Below, piece after piece: positions 11,200 to 21,129 of a DNA stretch of 64,000 nucleotides. The stretch spans positions 468,577-532,576 of the forward strand of contig CAZDPG010000001.1 in the NCBI GenBank assembly GCA_964507275.1, in the 5' to 3' direction. The position numbers and the translations under genes were made by a program. Origin of the DNA: an uncultured Candidatus Saccharibacteria bacterium (GTDB lineage: Bacteria; Patescibacteriota; Minisyncoccia; Phycocordibacterales; Phycocordibacteraceae). Position 1 is the first letter of the stretch; each line of letters starts with the position of its first letter. The notes beneath the pieces were generated by a model, which was given only the letters and a program-made list of their open reading frames with translations, did no database searches and had not been told where the DNA came from.

Positions 11200-11601
11200 T
11201 TACTCAAACTTAATCTGGAAACCGTACATTCCCATAGAACAGAGCCCTTGCAGGGTGCCATTCGCCTTCTCCGCGGGAATCAGTATCTCTTCCGTGCCGG
11301 ATGAACCGAGGAATTTCTGATACGAGAGGCTCGGAATGACCAAGCTCGCCGAGCAATCGAACGTACCGCTCGTATTCACCCGCAGTACGGTCGGCATACC
11401 AGCCTTCGCCACCACGACGCGCGGCGAGTAGCCACCCTTCGCGGTGATATCGACGATCTGTTGACCATCGACGATGACTGCGGTCGGTATAGCCCCCTCG
11501 ACGTCAGCGTCCTCCGGTCTTGCAGAAACGAGCCAGAATGCCCACCCCACAAGAGCAATACTTATTGCGAACGAGATGAGGATTCGTATGTTCATACGCA
11601 T
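11200..11601 (-). CDS. Secreted beta-sandwich (cupredoxin-like) protein, possible metal-binding
   Basis: Signal peptide. C-terminal GxxQGLCSMGMYGF resembles the cupredoxin Cys/Met ligand region. Co-operonic with csoR and the HMA transporter. Confidence 0.4.
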   Translation of the reverse strand: MRMNIRILISFAISIALVGWAFWLVSARPEDADVEGAIPTAVIVDGQQIVDITAKGGYSPRVVVAKAGMPTVLRVNTSGTFDCSASLVIPSLSYQKFLGSSGTEEILIPAEKANGTLQGLCSMGMYGFQIKFE

Positions 11602-12620
11602 TAGAGATTAAAGAGTGGATTGATAATCCCTGCAGTAGCGAGCGCATTCGCAAGGTTCAGGAGTGCGAGCACGATGACGATGATGCCTGCGGTCTTGAAG
11701 AATATCCCCTTCCACGATTGGTGCGCGATATTAAGCGAGCCGAAGGAAAGAACGGCGAGCATCGGGAGCGTCCCGAGCGCGAAGACGAACATCGTGAGCG
11801 CGCCCTGCATGAAGCTTCCAGTCGAGAGCGCATAGAGCTGCATTGACTGGGTGAATCCGCATGGAAGGAAGAAGGTCCCGATACCAACCAAAAGCGGTGC
11901 GAGATAATGGTCGTGCGTGCTGCCCGCTACGACCCGCTTCGAGAAGCGTGCCGGCATCGTAAGCTGTAATCGCTTCGTGAAATGAAAGACATCGAGCAAG
12001 TTAATGCCGAGGATGAGCATCACGAGCGCGACGATGCCGGCGAGTATTGCATTCGCCGTGAGACCGAGATGTAGCGAGTTCCCTAGCAAGCCGACCAGGC
12101 CGCCGAGCAAGAAGAATCCGCCGATCCGTCCGATATGGAAGAACCCCACCGTCCGCCAGGTACCGCCCTCGCGCGCCGAGCTTGCCGAGAGCGAGAGCAC
12201 CAGTCCGCCAACGATAGCGAGACAAGAGGAAACGGAGGCGATGAGGCCGATGAAGAATGCCGTTCCGTAGCTCACGTCCGAAGACGTAATGAGGTTCGTC
12301 AGTCCGGCCTTCTGCAAGAAGATAAACGCCGCTATGAGCAGGAGCGCGATAGGGAGCGCGTAGGTGAAATCGCCCCATCCGGCATCGTGCGAGCCCTTCT
12401 CCGCCCTGATGACATACCCATGCTCGCTCACCAGCTTCGTGAGCTCTCCCGCGACTTCTTCCGATGAGCCGATGAAGTCCCCCTCCACGGACACTTGCTG
12501 CTTCCCGAACGACACTTCGGCAGTCGCCACTCGCGGATCATCTTTGATAGCCTGTTCTATCCGCAATGCGCACGATGCGCAGTGCATGCCTCGTATGTGA
12601 AAAGTATTCTTTGTTGTCAT
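11601..12620 (-). CDS. Heavy-metal-associated (HMA) domain fused to CcdA/DsbD-family transmembrane thiol-disulfide transporter
   Basis: N-terminal GMHCASCALRIE (GMxCxxC HMA motif). Six or more TM helices, with single Cys in SCLAIV and FLPCGF, typical of DsbD/CcdA. Confidence 0.75.
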   Translation of the reverse strand: MTTKNTFHIRGMHCASCALRIEQAIKDDPRVATAEVSFGKQQVSVEGDFIGSSEEVAGELTKLVSEHGYVIRAEKGSHDAGWGDFTYALPIALLLIAAFIFLQKAGLTNLITSSDVSYGTAFFIGLIASVSSCLAIVGGLVLSLSASSAREGGTWRTVGFFHIGRIGGFFLLGGLVGLLGNSLHLGLTANAILAGIVALVMLILGINLLDVFHFTKRLQLTMPARFSKRVVAGSTHDHYLAPLLVGIGTFFLPCGFTQSMQLYALSTGSFMQGALTMFVFALGTLPMLAVLSFGSLNIAHQSWKGIFFKTAGIIVIVLALLNLANALATAGIINPLFNL

Positions 12621-12622
12621 AG

Positions 12623-12904
12623 CTATTTCCGCTTGAGCTTATACACCTTCAAGACCTCCTGAACCGCTTTCCCTGTCTGACCGGAAGTCATTTGTTTGTG
12701 CACACAACTATTTAAGTGATTCTCGAGGAGGATATCCTCCACGGTCGAGAGTCCCTGCTTAATGGCTGAGGTCTGCGCGATAATGTCGATACAATATGTG
12801 CTCTTCTCAAGCATTGAGACAAGTCCGCGCACTTGCCCTTCGATTATTTTCAATCGCCGCACCAACTTCGACCTCTCCGTATCGGACATATGCGTCATGT
12901 GCAC
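12623..12904 (-). CDS. csoR: CsoR/RcnR-family metal-sensing transcriptional repressor
   Basis: 93 aa, all-helical. The conserved CsoR Cys/His ligand signature is present. Confidence 0.8.
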   Translation of the reverse strand: MHMTHMSDTERSKLVRRLKIIEGQVRGLVSMLEKSTYCIDIIAQTSAIKQGLSTVEDILLENHLNSCVHKQMTSGQTGKAVQEVLKVYKLKRK

Positions 12905-12928
12905 TCTACTCTATACCCCCAGGGGGTA

Positions 12929-13906
12929 TTATTCAAGCTCTGTTGGTAATTCGCTGATGCGTGCTGAAAGCTTCCATGCATTCCCATGCCGGAGCATCCC
13001 CCGATACGACGCAACCGTGGCTTCGCTCGGATTACCACTCATCGCCCGCAGCATCCTCCTCTTCGTACTCGTGCGGAGTACGCGATGGTCAGGAAAATGC
13101 ACCCAGCCGAGAAAATCGATGCCTGAAGTGAGCGTTGCTATGGAGACTTTTTTTGGATGTAGCTCAAGCTTTAGTTTCTCGTGCAAGAAGTCTCGGATGC
13201 GTGGCAGAAGCGAGACAAGCTGATCGCGGTCACGAGAGAGGAAGACGAAATCATCAGCATAGCGGATGTAGTGTCTCGCTTTCAGTGTGTGTTTCGCAAA
13301 TTGATCGAACTCGTTCATATAAATGTTCACGAGGAGCTGGCTTGTGAGGTTACCGAGCGGGAGACCCTTCCCTGTTTCTGTGCTTGAGAAGCTTCCGATG
13401 ATGTTCTTCATGAGCGAGAGAGTACGTTCGTCGGGAATATATGAGTGCAGTATCTCCATGAGTGTTTGCTGGTCAATGGAAGCGAAGAACTTCCGTATGT
13501 CGCATTTGAGTACCCAGCAGATGCGTGTATCGTTCTGCGATACTTTCTGAGCACATGATCGGAATTGGTTCATCGCCCGGTGCGTACCCTTCCCCACGCG
13601 ACAGGAATACGAGTCAGCGACAAAGGTACGGTCGAAGAATGGGTAGAGCTGGCGATAGAGGGCATGGTGCACAAGCCGGTCGCGGACTGAGGCCTTGTGA
13701 ATGTCGCGCGGCTTCGGGTCCGCAATCTTGAAGTGGTGGTAGCCGCCGTGCTGATAGGTGCCAATGGCGAGGTCGTGATGGAGCACGAGGATGTGGTGCA
13801 TTAGATGTCGACCGAACTCCTGCACGTCAGCACGCTTCTTCTTTCCTCTTACGAATTCCTGCCACGCATCGAGAAGATTTTCGATTGAGATGATATCCTC
13901 ATACAC
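12929..13906 (-). CDS. Diversity-generating retroelement reverse transcriptase
   Basis: 325 aa. Closely parallels Bordetella phage bRT: IENLLDAW, PKPR...DRLVHHAL, GLPLGNLTSQLL, RYADDFVFL (YxDD), GIDFLGW. Starts at a GTG codon. Confidence 0.92.
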   Translation of the reverse strand: MYEDIISIENLLDAWQEFVRGKKKRADVQEFGRHLMHHILVLHHDLAIGTYQHGGYHHFKIADPKPRDIHKASVRDRLVHHALYRQLYPFFDRTFVADSYSCRVGKGTHRAMNQFRSCAQKVSQNDTRICWVLKCDIRKFFASIDQQTLMEILHSYIPDERTLSLMKNIIGSFSSTETGKGLPLGNLTSQLLVNIYMNEFDQFAKHTLKARHYIRYADDFVFLSRDRDQLVSLLPRIRDFLHEKLKLELHPKKVSIATLTSGIDFLGWVHFPDHRVLRTSTKRRMLRAMSGNPSEATVASYRGMLRHGNAWKLSARISELPTELE

Positions 13907-13958
13907 AAGACTCCATGAGCAACCCCCCCCCCGACAGTTTCTTCCGGTACTTGAGAGA

Positions 13959-14306
13959 TTGAAAAGTGCATACCTGCTTTGGTATGGATATTATCAGACA
14001 CTCCCTAAGACGCATCGCCACACACTCGGCGGAAGAGTGGACACGCTTTTTGTCGAAGTAATCGAGGCGATAGCTTCAGCGACATTTCTCTCCCGTAGCG
14101 AGAAGCAGCCCTGGGTGCGGCTCGCTATCCGAAAACTCGACACGCTGAAAGTACTGCTTCTCGTGCTCTGGGAGACCAAATCTCTTGAGACGAAAAAATA
14201 CGCCGCACTTTCGCTCCCGCTTGAAGAGGTTGGCAAAATGCTCGGCGGATGGAATGGACAGCTCACGAAGCAAAACTCAACCCCGCTAGTGCGGGGCGAA
14301 GAGTGA
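13959..14306 (+). CDS. avd: DGR accessory variability determinant (Avd, four-helix-bundle)
   Basis: C-terminal LEEVGKMLGGW matches the bAvd AEVGRILGSW motif, and LPKTHRHTLGGR matches IPRKHGVAR. Opposite strand to the RT. Start ambiguous: TTG at 13959, or ATG at 13915, which is out of frame unless the C10 tract 13923-13932 becomes C11. Confidence 0.7.
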   Translation: MKSAYLLWYGYYQTLPKTHRHTLGGRVDTLFVEVIEAIASATFLSRSEKQPWVRLAIRKLDTLKVLLLVLWETKSLETKKYAALSLPLEEVGKMLGGWNGQLTKQNSTPLVRGEE

Positions 14307-14312
14307 AGATAG

Positions 14313-14421
14313 TTGCGGGCAGGGACACCGGACAGGAACCAGTTGTCGTTCCAATCGTTGTCGTTGCGATTGCAGTTCACGTTCCGATCGTCATTCCAAC
14401 GATTGAACGTCAGGTAGCAAT
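14313..14421 (-). repeat. DGR template repeat (TR), 109 bp
   Basis: 97 of 109 identical to the 3' end of the target gene. All 12 mismatches fall at TR adenines on the coding (minus) strand. Rich in AAY codons. Confidence 0.9.
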
Positions 14422-14682
14422 GTGTGGAGCGCCATCCGTATCACCACCCTTCGAGTACTCTCAGGGCTGTCTGCGGGGGTTCCGCGGTCTTCGGCATCAT
14501 AATGCCATAGCACTCCACACCAAGTATCTTCATTTTTTGAAGTGTCTGCGTGCATCCTCCATGTGCAACCGTAATCACAAATGTTCTCAACGCACGGATA
14601 CTGGGTTCAGCAGGAAGAAACCATGATCGCCCCCATATTCGCCTACTACCGTGTGTATACTATCAAATACAAAATGGGCCCG

Positions 14683-14710
14683 CATTCCGGAGAATGCGGG
14701 CCCAAGGACA
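14683..14710. promoter_or_regulatory. GC-rich hairpin downstream of VR
   Basis: GGGCCCGCATTC-TCCG-GAATGCGGGCCC, a 12-bp GC-rich stem with 4-nt loop. Lies about 50 bp 3' of the VR end in coding direction. Confidence 0.5.
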
Positions 14711-14756
14711 AAGTCTCAAGGTTCCAAAGAGAACCGAGTGACCGAGCCCCGAGTAC

Positions 14757-15353
14757 CTACTTGCGGGCAGGGACACCGGACAGGAACCAGTAGTCGAGCC
14801 AAGCGCTGTCGTAGCGATTGCAGCCCACGCCCCGACCGTCACTCCAACGATTGAACGTCAGGTAGCAATTGTCGCCCCACTGCGAGCCATTCGGGTACTT
14901 GTCGGCGAAAGCGGGATCCTCTTCGTTCACTGCGGCTGTCGCGCGCGGGTCAGGCACGAGGCCATACTGCGCGAGAAATGCCGGAACCTCGGCCACGGGC
15001 ACAAGGCGCTTGGTCGGAACGAAGTACACATCGACTTCGTCACCCTCACCTTGCGGCATCGTGGCGACCACATCGTCGTTCAGGTACTTGTTGCGGCCGG
15101 TCTTATCGATGACTTCCTGCGGAGTGCGAGTGCGATCGACGCGGACGCGGCGGATGATGATATCGCTCTGTGCTTCGACATACTTGCGGAGAGTCGCAAC
15201 CATCTCATCGATAGCCGGATTCCCGGGCATCTCGAGGACTTTCTGCACACTTTCCGACAGAAGACCGGACTCGCGAAGTTTCGTTGCAAGCCGGTCATTG
15301 ATCTGGCCAATCTGGCCGTTGGTGATGGACTGGGTCCTGACATTGGTTGTCAT
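14757..15353 (-). CDS. DGR variable (target) protein with C-terminal VR
   Basis: 198 aa. C-terminal 36 codons are the VR (CYLTFNRWSDGRGVGCNRYDSAWLDYWFLSGVPARK). No signal peptide. N-terminal region has no recognisable family. Confidence 0.85.
   Translation of the reverse strand: MTTNVRTQSITNGQIGQINDRLATKLRESGLLSESVQKVLEMPGNPAIDEMVATLRKYVEAQSDIIIRRVRVDRTRTPQEVIDKTGRNKYLNDDVVATMPQGEGDEVDVYFVPTKRLVPVAEVPAFLAQYGLVPDPRATAAVNEEDPAFADKYPNGSQWGDNCYLTFNRWSDGRGVGCNRYDSAWLDYWFLSGVPARK
14761..14869 (-). repeat. DGR variable repeat (VR), 109 bp
   Basis: Aligned to TR 14313-14421. Ends 2 codons before the stop, with a GC-rich 3' end GTCCCTGCCCGCAA shared with TR (IMH-like). Confidence 0.9.
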
Positions 15354-15549
15354 TACGTTATCCTCTCAAGGAAAGCTGTACGACTCGACCCAGACGGGTT
15401 TTCGCCACAGCAGAAAAAAGCTTAGCGAATATGCCGTTTTCTGCTGGGGCGAACACTGGTCTCAAAGAGCGGAATAACTAGGACATAGTATACACGATAT
15501 ATGTATCCTGTCAATAGCCTTGGTACTACATCAGGAGATGCCGTGCCCA

Positions 15550-16257
15550 TCAAATGCGTTCGTCAGAGACAATCTTACCATCATCGATCTTGATAATGCG
15601 CTCGGCGAATCGCGAGAACTCCTCCTCGTGCGTGACCATGATGATGGTCTGCCCTCCGGCATGCAGCTCCTTAAAGATATTCATGACGGTCGCGGAAGAC
15701 TCGAGATCGAGGTTCGCGGTCGGCTCATCGGCGAAGAGGATGTCCGGCGTATGCGCGATGGCGCGGGAAATAGAGACGCGCTGCTGCTCGCCGCCAGAGA
15801 GCTGACTTGGGAGATTGTTCAGGCGACTACCGAGACCGACTCGGCTGAGCGCCTCAGCAGCCTTCGCTTCTGCGGCACTCTTCGATGACCCCTGCATGTA
15901 GAGCGGCAGGGCGACATTCTCTATCGCTGTCAGCTCCGGCAAGAGCGCATAATCCTGGAACACATAGCCGAACTCGGCGAGTCGGAACAGCATCTTCTCA
16001 TGCTCGCTCATCAGATGGGTCTCTTTCCCGTTGATGCGTATCTCGCCGCTGGTCGGCTCATCAAGGAGCGACAGCTGATACAGGAGCGTGCTCTTCCCTG
16101 CTCCCGAGCGACCCATAATCGCGATGAATTCCCCGTCTCTTACGGAGAGGTCAATACCCTTCAGCACGCGCGTCTCAATCGGGCCGTCCTTGAACGACCT
16201 GGTGAGACTTTTTATTTCCAGAAGCTGTGGTGATGAGGATGGTTGAGACATATTCAT
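15550..16257 (-). CDS. ABC transporter ATP-binding protein (MacB/LolD-like)
   Basis: Walker A GRSGAGKST, signature LSGGEQQR, Walker B ILFADEPT. Confidence 0.9.
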   Translation of the reverse strand: MNMSQPSSSPQLLEIKSLTRSFKDGPIETRVLKGIDLSVRDGEFIAIMGRSGAGKSTLLYQLSLLDEPTSGEIRINGKETHLMSEHEKMLFRLAEFGYVFQDYALLPELTAIENVALPLYMQGSSKSAAEAKAAEALSRVGLGSRLNNLPSQLSGGEQQRVSISRAIAHTPDILFADEPTANLDLESSATVMNIFKELHAGGQTIIMVTHEEEFSRFAERIIKIDDGKIVSDERI

Positions 16258-17514
16258 TTAATTGCGGCCGAGAATGGCGTCGAGTGTATTGCGTCGCACA
16301 ATCATGCGCGATGGCAAGTATCCTGCGATGACGGTCGTGAAGACCAGTAGTAGGACGCGCACGAATGTCCCGTCGATCGGGGCGACGAGGATGCCATCGC
16401 TAAACGGGAAATCGATCGGGTGCGCCGCTACCACCGGCACGAGGATGCCATACAAGACGAGTAGCCCAAGTGCTGATCCGATGACAGCATAGAAGAGCGA
16501 CTGGAAGATATACGAAATCTCGATAGCTTCGCCCGAGATGCCGATACCCTTCAGGATGCCGATGAATTTCCGCCGTGTGATTGCGTTGATGAAAATGACG
16601 ATGAAGATCGTGATGGCCGCAACGACAAGTCCAATGGAGCTGAAACCGTTTCCGAGCATAGCAAAGGTCGTCTTGACGTCGGCGACGCCGTTCGGAATGG
16701 AATCTTCGAAGGTTTGCACCTTCGCTTTCTTTCCGATGCCGCTTGAAAGCAGGAAGTTCTTGAAAGCAACCGGATCATTCCCGGGCATGAGACGTATGGC
16801 TATCTGCGCAACATTCTGGTCGGCCCGCCCCATGAGCGTGCGGAGCTCAGTGGCAGGTATGAAGACACTCATCCCCAGTTCGCTGATTTTACTTTTCACG
16901 ACACCCTTCACGATGACTTCGCGAGTCACACCGTTTACTGTCAACCGTACTTTAGTTCCAGGAGCCACATCGGTGAGCGGCGTAAGACCTGGTTGTTCAC
17001 CGAAAGCATAGTTCGCGAGCAAAAAATTGCCGATGAGTATCTGGTCATAGTCACCTTCGGCGAGATACTGTCCTTCGATAACATGATTGCTGAGACCGGT
17101 AAATGCATCTTCAGCAATTGGTTCGACACCGATGATCTGTGCGCCCGTCGCATTCGGTTTGTCCCTATCGCTCGTACGGGAAAGATAGTTCGCCTCGATC
17201 GTACCGCCTGTCTGATATCGCTTGGTCAGAAGCTCTACTTGCGGCAACGTCTTAATGAAAGCGACGACGCTCGGAGTGTCTTCGATATAGTCCTTGGTCG
17301 AGAGAGCGGAGAGGATGACATCTCCCGTGTACTGAGTACGGTAGCTTTCGTTGATGCCTTCGATGAGCCCGACCAGCACGCCCGTGACAACGACAAGGTT
17401 CAAGAACGTAAGCAACATCACGAATACGATGAGGCTCGTCGTCCACAAGCTTGCACGGCGAAGTTGCCGCACGGCGAGATAGAAACCGACGCGAATGTTG
17501 AGCAGTGAGAACAT
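16258..17514 (-). CDS. ABC transporter permease (FtsX/MacB-type)
   Basis: 418 aa. N-terminal TM, large periplasmic domain, C-terminal 3-TM FtsX-like domain. Confidence 0.85.
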   Translation of the reverse strand: MFSLLNIRVGFYLAVRQLRRASLWTTSLIVFVMLLTFLNLVVVTGVLVGLIEGINESYRTQYTGDVILSALSTKDYIEDTPSVVAFIKTLPQVELLTKRYQTGGTIEANYLSRTSDRDKPNATGAQIIGVEPIAEDAFTGLSNHVIEGQYLAEGDYDQILIGNFLLANYAFGEQPGLTPLTDVAPGTKVRLTVNGVTREVIVKGVVKSKISELGMSVFIPATELRTLMGRADQNVAQIAIRLMPGNDPVAFKNFLLSSGIGKKAKVQTFEDSIPNGVADVKTTFAMLGNGFSSIGLVVAAITIFIVIFINAITRRKFIGILKGIGISGEAIEISYIFQSLFYAVIGSALGLLVLYGILVPVVAAHPIDFPFSDGILVAPIDGTFVRVLLLVFTTVIAGYLPSRMIVRRNTLDAILGRN

Positions 17515-17519
17515 GGGCG

Positions 17520-19031
17520 CTAGGGCGCAGGAGCGAGGAGAATGACGTCACCCGCAGAAAGACCCGAGAGAATATGCGCCTGTCCGAGCATCGGAGACGC
17601 TCCAGTCGTGACCGGGCGGTTTTCTACCTCCCCTCGACGGAGGACCGACACATAGGGCGCACCATCATTCGTACCGACCGCACCGGCAGGAATGACGATC
17701 GCGTCCGGCAGCATACCGGTCTCCATGATGACATTCGCCGTCATACCGCTCCGAATGCGAGCGTCTTTCGTGAGAAATGCGAGCGTCGTCTTATATGCCG
17801 GGATACCGTCCTTCACCGTCTCGGCAGGATCGACCGCGATGACAACTGAGGGGAACTCGACTGATGACCCGTATGCATCGAGCGTCGTTGTCGCAGGATT
17901 GCCCACCGCAACACGCGCGATAGACACTTCAGGCACATACGTCTCTATCTGGAAGATGCCGTCGCTCTGCATCGATATCTTCGACGCGTCTGACGAGACC
18001 GCCTCGCCGACCTTTGCATCCATGCGAGTAACAATACCGCCAAACGGAGCGATGATGCGTGTCTTTGCGAGCAATGCGCGCGCGCTCTCGACATCAGCCG
18101 CCGCCGCCGCGACCGTCGACTCTTGCGCGGCTATGGCCTCGGCCGTTGAGCCAGCCTGTTTCAAGGAAAGATTCTTTTGTGCTGAGTTGAGTGCCGTGCT
18201 ATCCGTCGTGAGCGCCGATGCGGCACTGTTCACGTTCGTACGAGCGGTGGCGAGTGTCGTCCCGTATGACGTGAGCGTCGCCGCCGTAGTGACCGAGTCA
18301 GGCACTCCTTGGTTTACGGCGATGTTCATGTCTGCGAGAAATGTCGTTATCTGTGCAAGATATGCCTGAGACTGTCTGGCCGATTCGACAATGTTCGAGT
18401 CAGCGAGAGTAGTGACAAGAAGTGCCCACTTCGCGAGCATCGGTTCTATGGCCGCGCGCTGACTTTCAACCCCCGTCTCCAAACTCGCATTCGATACTGT
18501 GAACGAGAGGTTCGGATTCGTCCGCGGATTGGTGAAGAGAGCGTCCGACTTGTTATGAATGGCATCATCAGAGGAGGTGTATGCACTCTGTATCGCGTCG
18601 GCGAGTGCAGCCTTTGCATTCGCAACGGAAGCGGCTGCGACGGAAAGTTCTTCCGGTCGTGTGCCAGAACGAAGCGAAGCAAGATCCGCCTCAGCTCCTG
18701 CGAGCACTGACCGTTTCTGTGTGAGTGCGGCAACGAGATCGCCATTCTCTATCTCTGCAAGCACTGTTCCCTGCGCGACATACTGGCCAACTTCCGCATA
18801 CACACGAGCAAGCCGACCGTTTGTCGCAAATCCGAGGGCGACGTCCTTGGCTGCAATGACTGTACCCGACACACTCACCTGCTCCCTGAAGTCACCTGAG
18901 GAAACGGTGAGTGTCGCTCCCTGCTCACTCCCCCTCCCGAAAAAGAAGTACCCGCCTAGAACGAGAACAATGAGGGCGGCGACCATGAGGCGCCATTGAG
19001 GAACTGCGGAAATCTTGAAAGGTAACTGCAT
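17520..19031 (-). CDS. HlyD/MacA-family periplasmic adaptor (membrane fusion protein)
   Basis: 503 aa with N-terminal anchor, long Ala-rich coiled-coil hairpin, beta-barrel C-terminus. Forms an operon with the ABC pair. Confidence 0.8.
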   Translation of the reverse strand: MQLPFKISAVPQWRLMVAALIVLVLGGYFFFGRGSEQGATLTVSSGDFREQVSVSGTVIAAKDVALGFATNGRLARVYAEVGQYVAQGTVLAEIENGDLVAALTQKRSVLAGAEADLASLRSGTRPEELSVAAASVANAKAALADAIQSAYTSSDDAIHNKSDALFTNPRTNPNLSFTVSNASLETGVESQRAAIEPMLAKWALLVTTLADSNIVESARQSQAYLAQITTFLADMNIAVNQGVPDSVTTAATLTSYGTTLATARTNVNSAASALTTDSTALNSAQKNLSLKQAGSTAEAIAAQESTVAAAAADVESARALLAKTRIIAPFGGIVTRMDAKVGEAVSSDASKISMQSDGIFQIETYVPEVSIARVAVGNPATTTLDAYGSSVEFPSVVIAVDPAETVKDGIPAYKTTLAFLTKDARIRSGMTANVIMETGMLPDAIVIPAGAVGTNDGAPYVSVLRRGEVENRPVTTGASPMLGQAHILSGLSAGDVILLAPAP

Positions 19032-19103
19032 ATACTTACGAGTGTACCACTCGGCTTTGCTGCGTGCATCATGCCCCGCTAGGCGACCCGCATGCGTTTA
19101 CTA

Positions 19104-19140
19104 AAAACAATACGACGCCCTGGGCGCCGTATTGTTTTTC
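19104..19140 (-). terminator. Intrinsic terminator after groEL
   Basis: AAAAACAATACGACGCCC-TGG-GCGCCGTATTGTTTTTC hairpin with flanking T runs. Confidence 0.6.
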
Positions 19141-19167
19141 TTTATCGTACTGGAATTGGATTGTGGA

Positions 19168-20808
<1,641 letters not shown>

Positions 20809-20823
20809 TTAGGAGATAAGCGA

Positions 20824-21129
20824 CTAATTCACGATGCCGAGAATGTTTGACTCTGAAAGGATGTAGTATTCCTCACCTTCGATCTTCACTTCGTCATAGC
20901 CATATTTACTGAAAATCACCGTATTGCCGACCTTCACCTGCATCGGGACGCGTGTGCCGTCTTCGTATTTGCCAGGACCGACAGCGACGACAACGCCCTG
21001 AGCTGGCCGCTCTTTATCGACAGTCTCAGGAATGATGATGCCCGACGCGAGTTTCTTCTCCCCTTCCTTTCCGGCGGGCTTCACAAGGATGCGATCGCCA
21101 AGCGGCGTAAGTGACAGTTTCTTTGCCAT
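20824..21129 (-). CDS. groS: Co-chaperonin GroES
   Basis: 101 aa. LKPLGDRILVK motif. Confidence 0.95.
   Translation of the reverse strand: MAKKLSLTPLGDRILVKPAGKEGEKKLASGIIIPETVDKERPAQGVVVAVGPGKYEDGTRVPMQVKVGNTVIFSKYGYDEVKIEGEEYYILSESNILGIVN

Noticed and set aside
13994-14380. 128-aa minus-strand ORF MNCNRNDNDWNDNWFLSGVPAR... overlapping the TR
   Set aside because: It is the template repeat read in the target frame (GTG start), continuing into Ser-rich low-complexity sequence antisense to avd. It is noncoding DGR template, not a gene.
14430-14756. ORFs 14249-14626, 14550-14741, 14581-14793, 14651-14854 (plus strand) in the TR-VR spacer
   Set aside because: Short, overlapping, no SD or start context, and they span the TR and the hairpin. 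Treated as noncoding spacer of the DGR.
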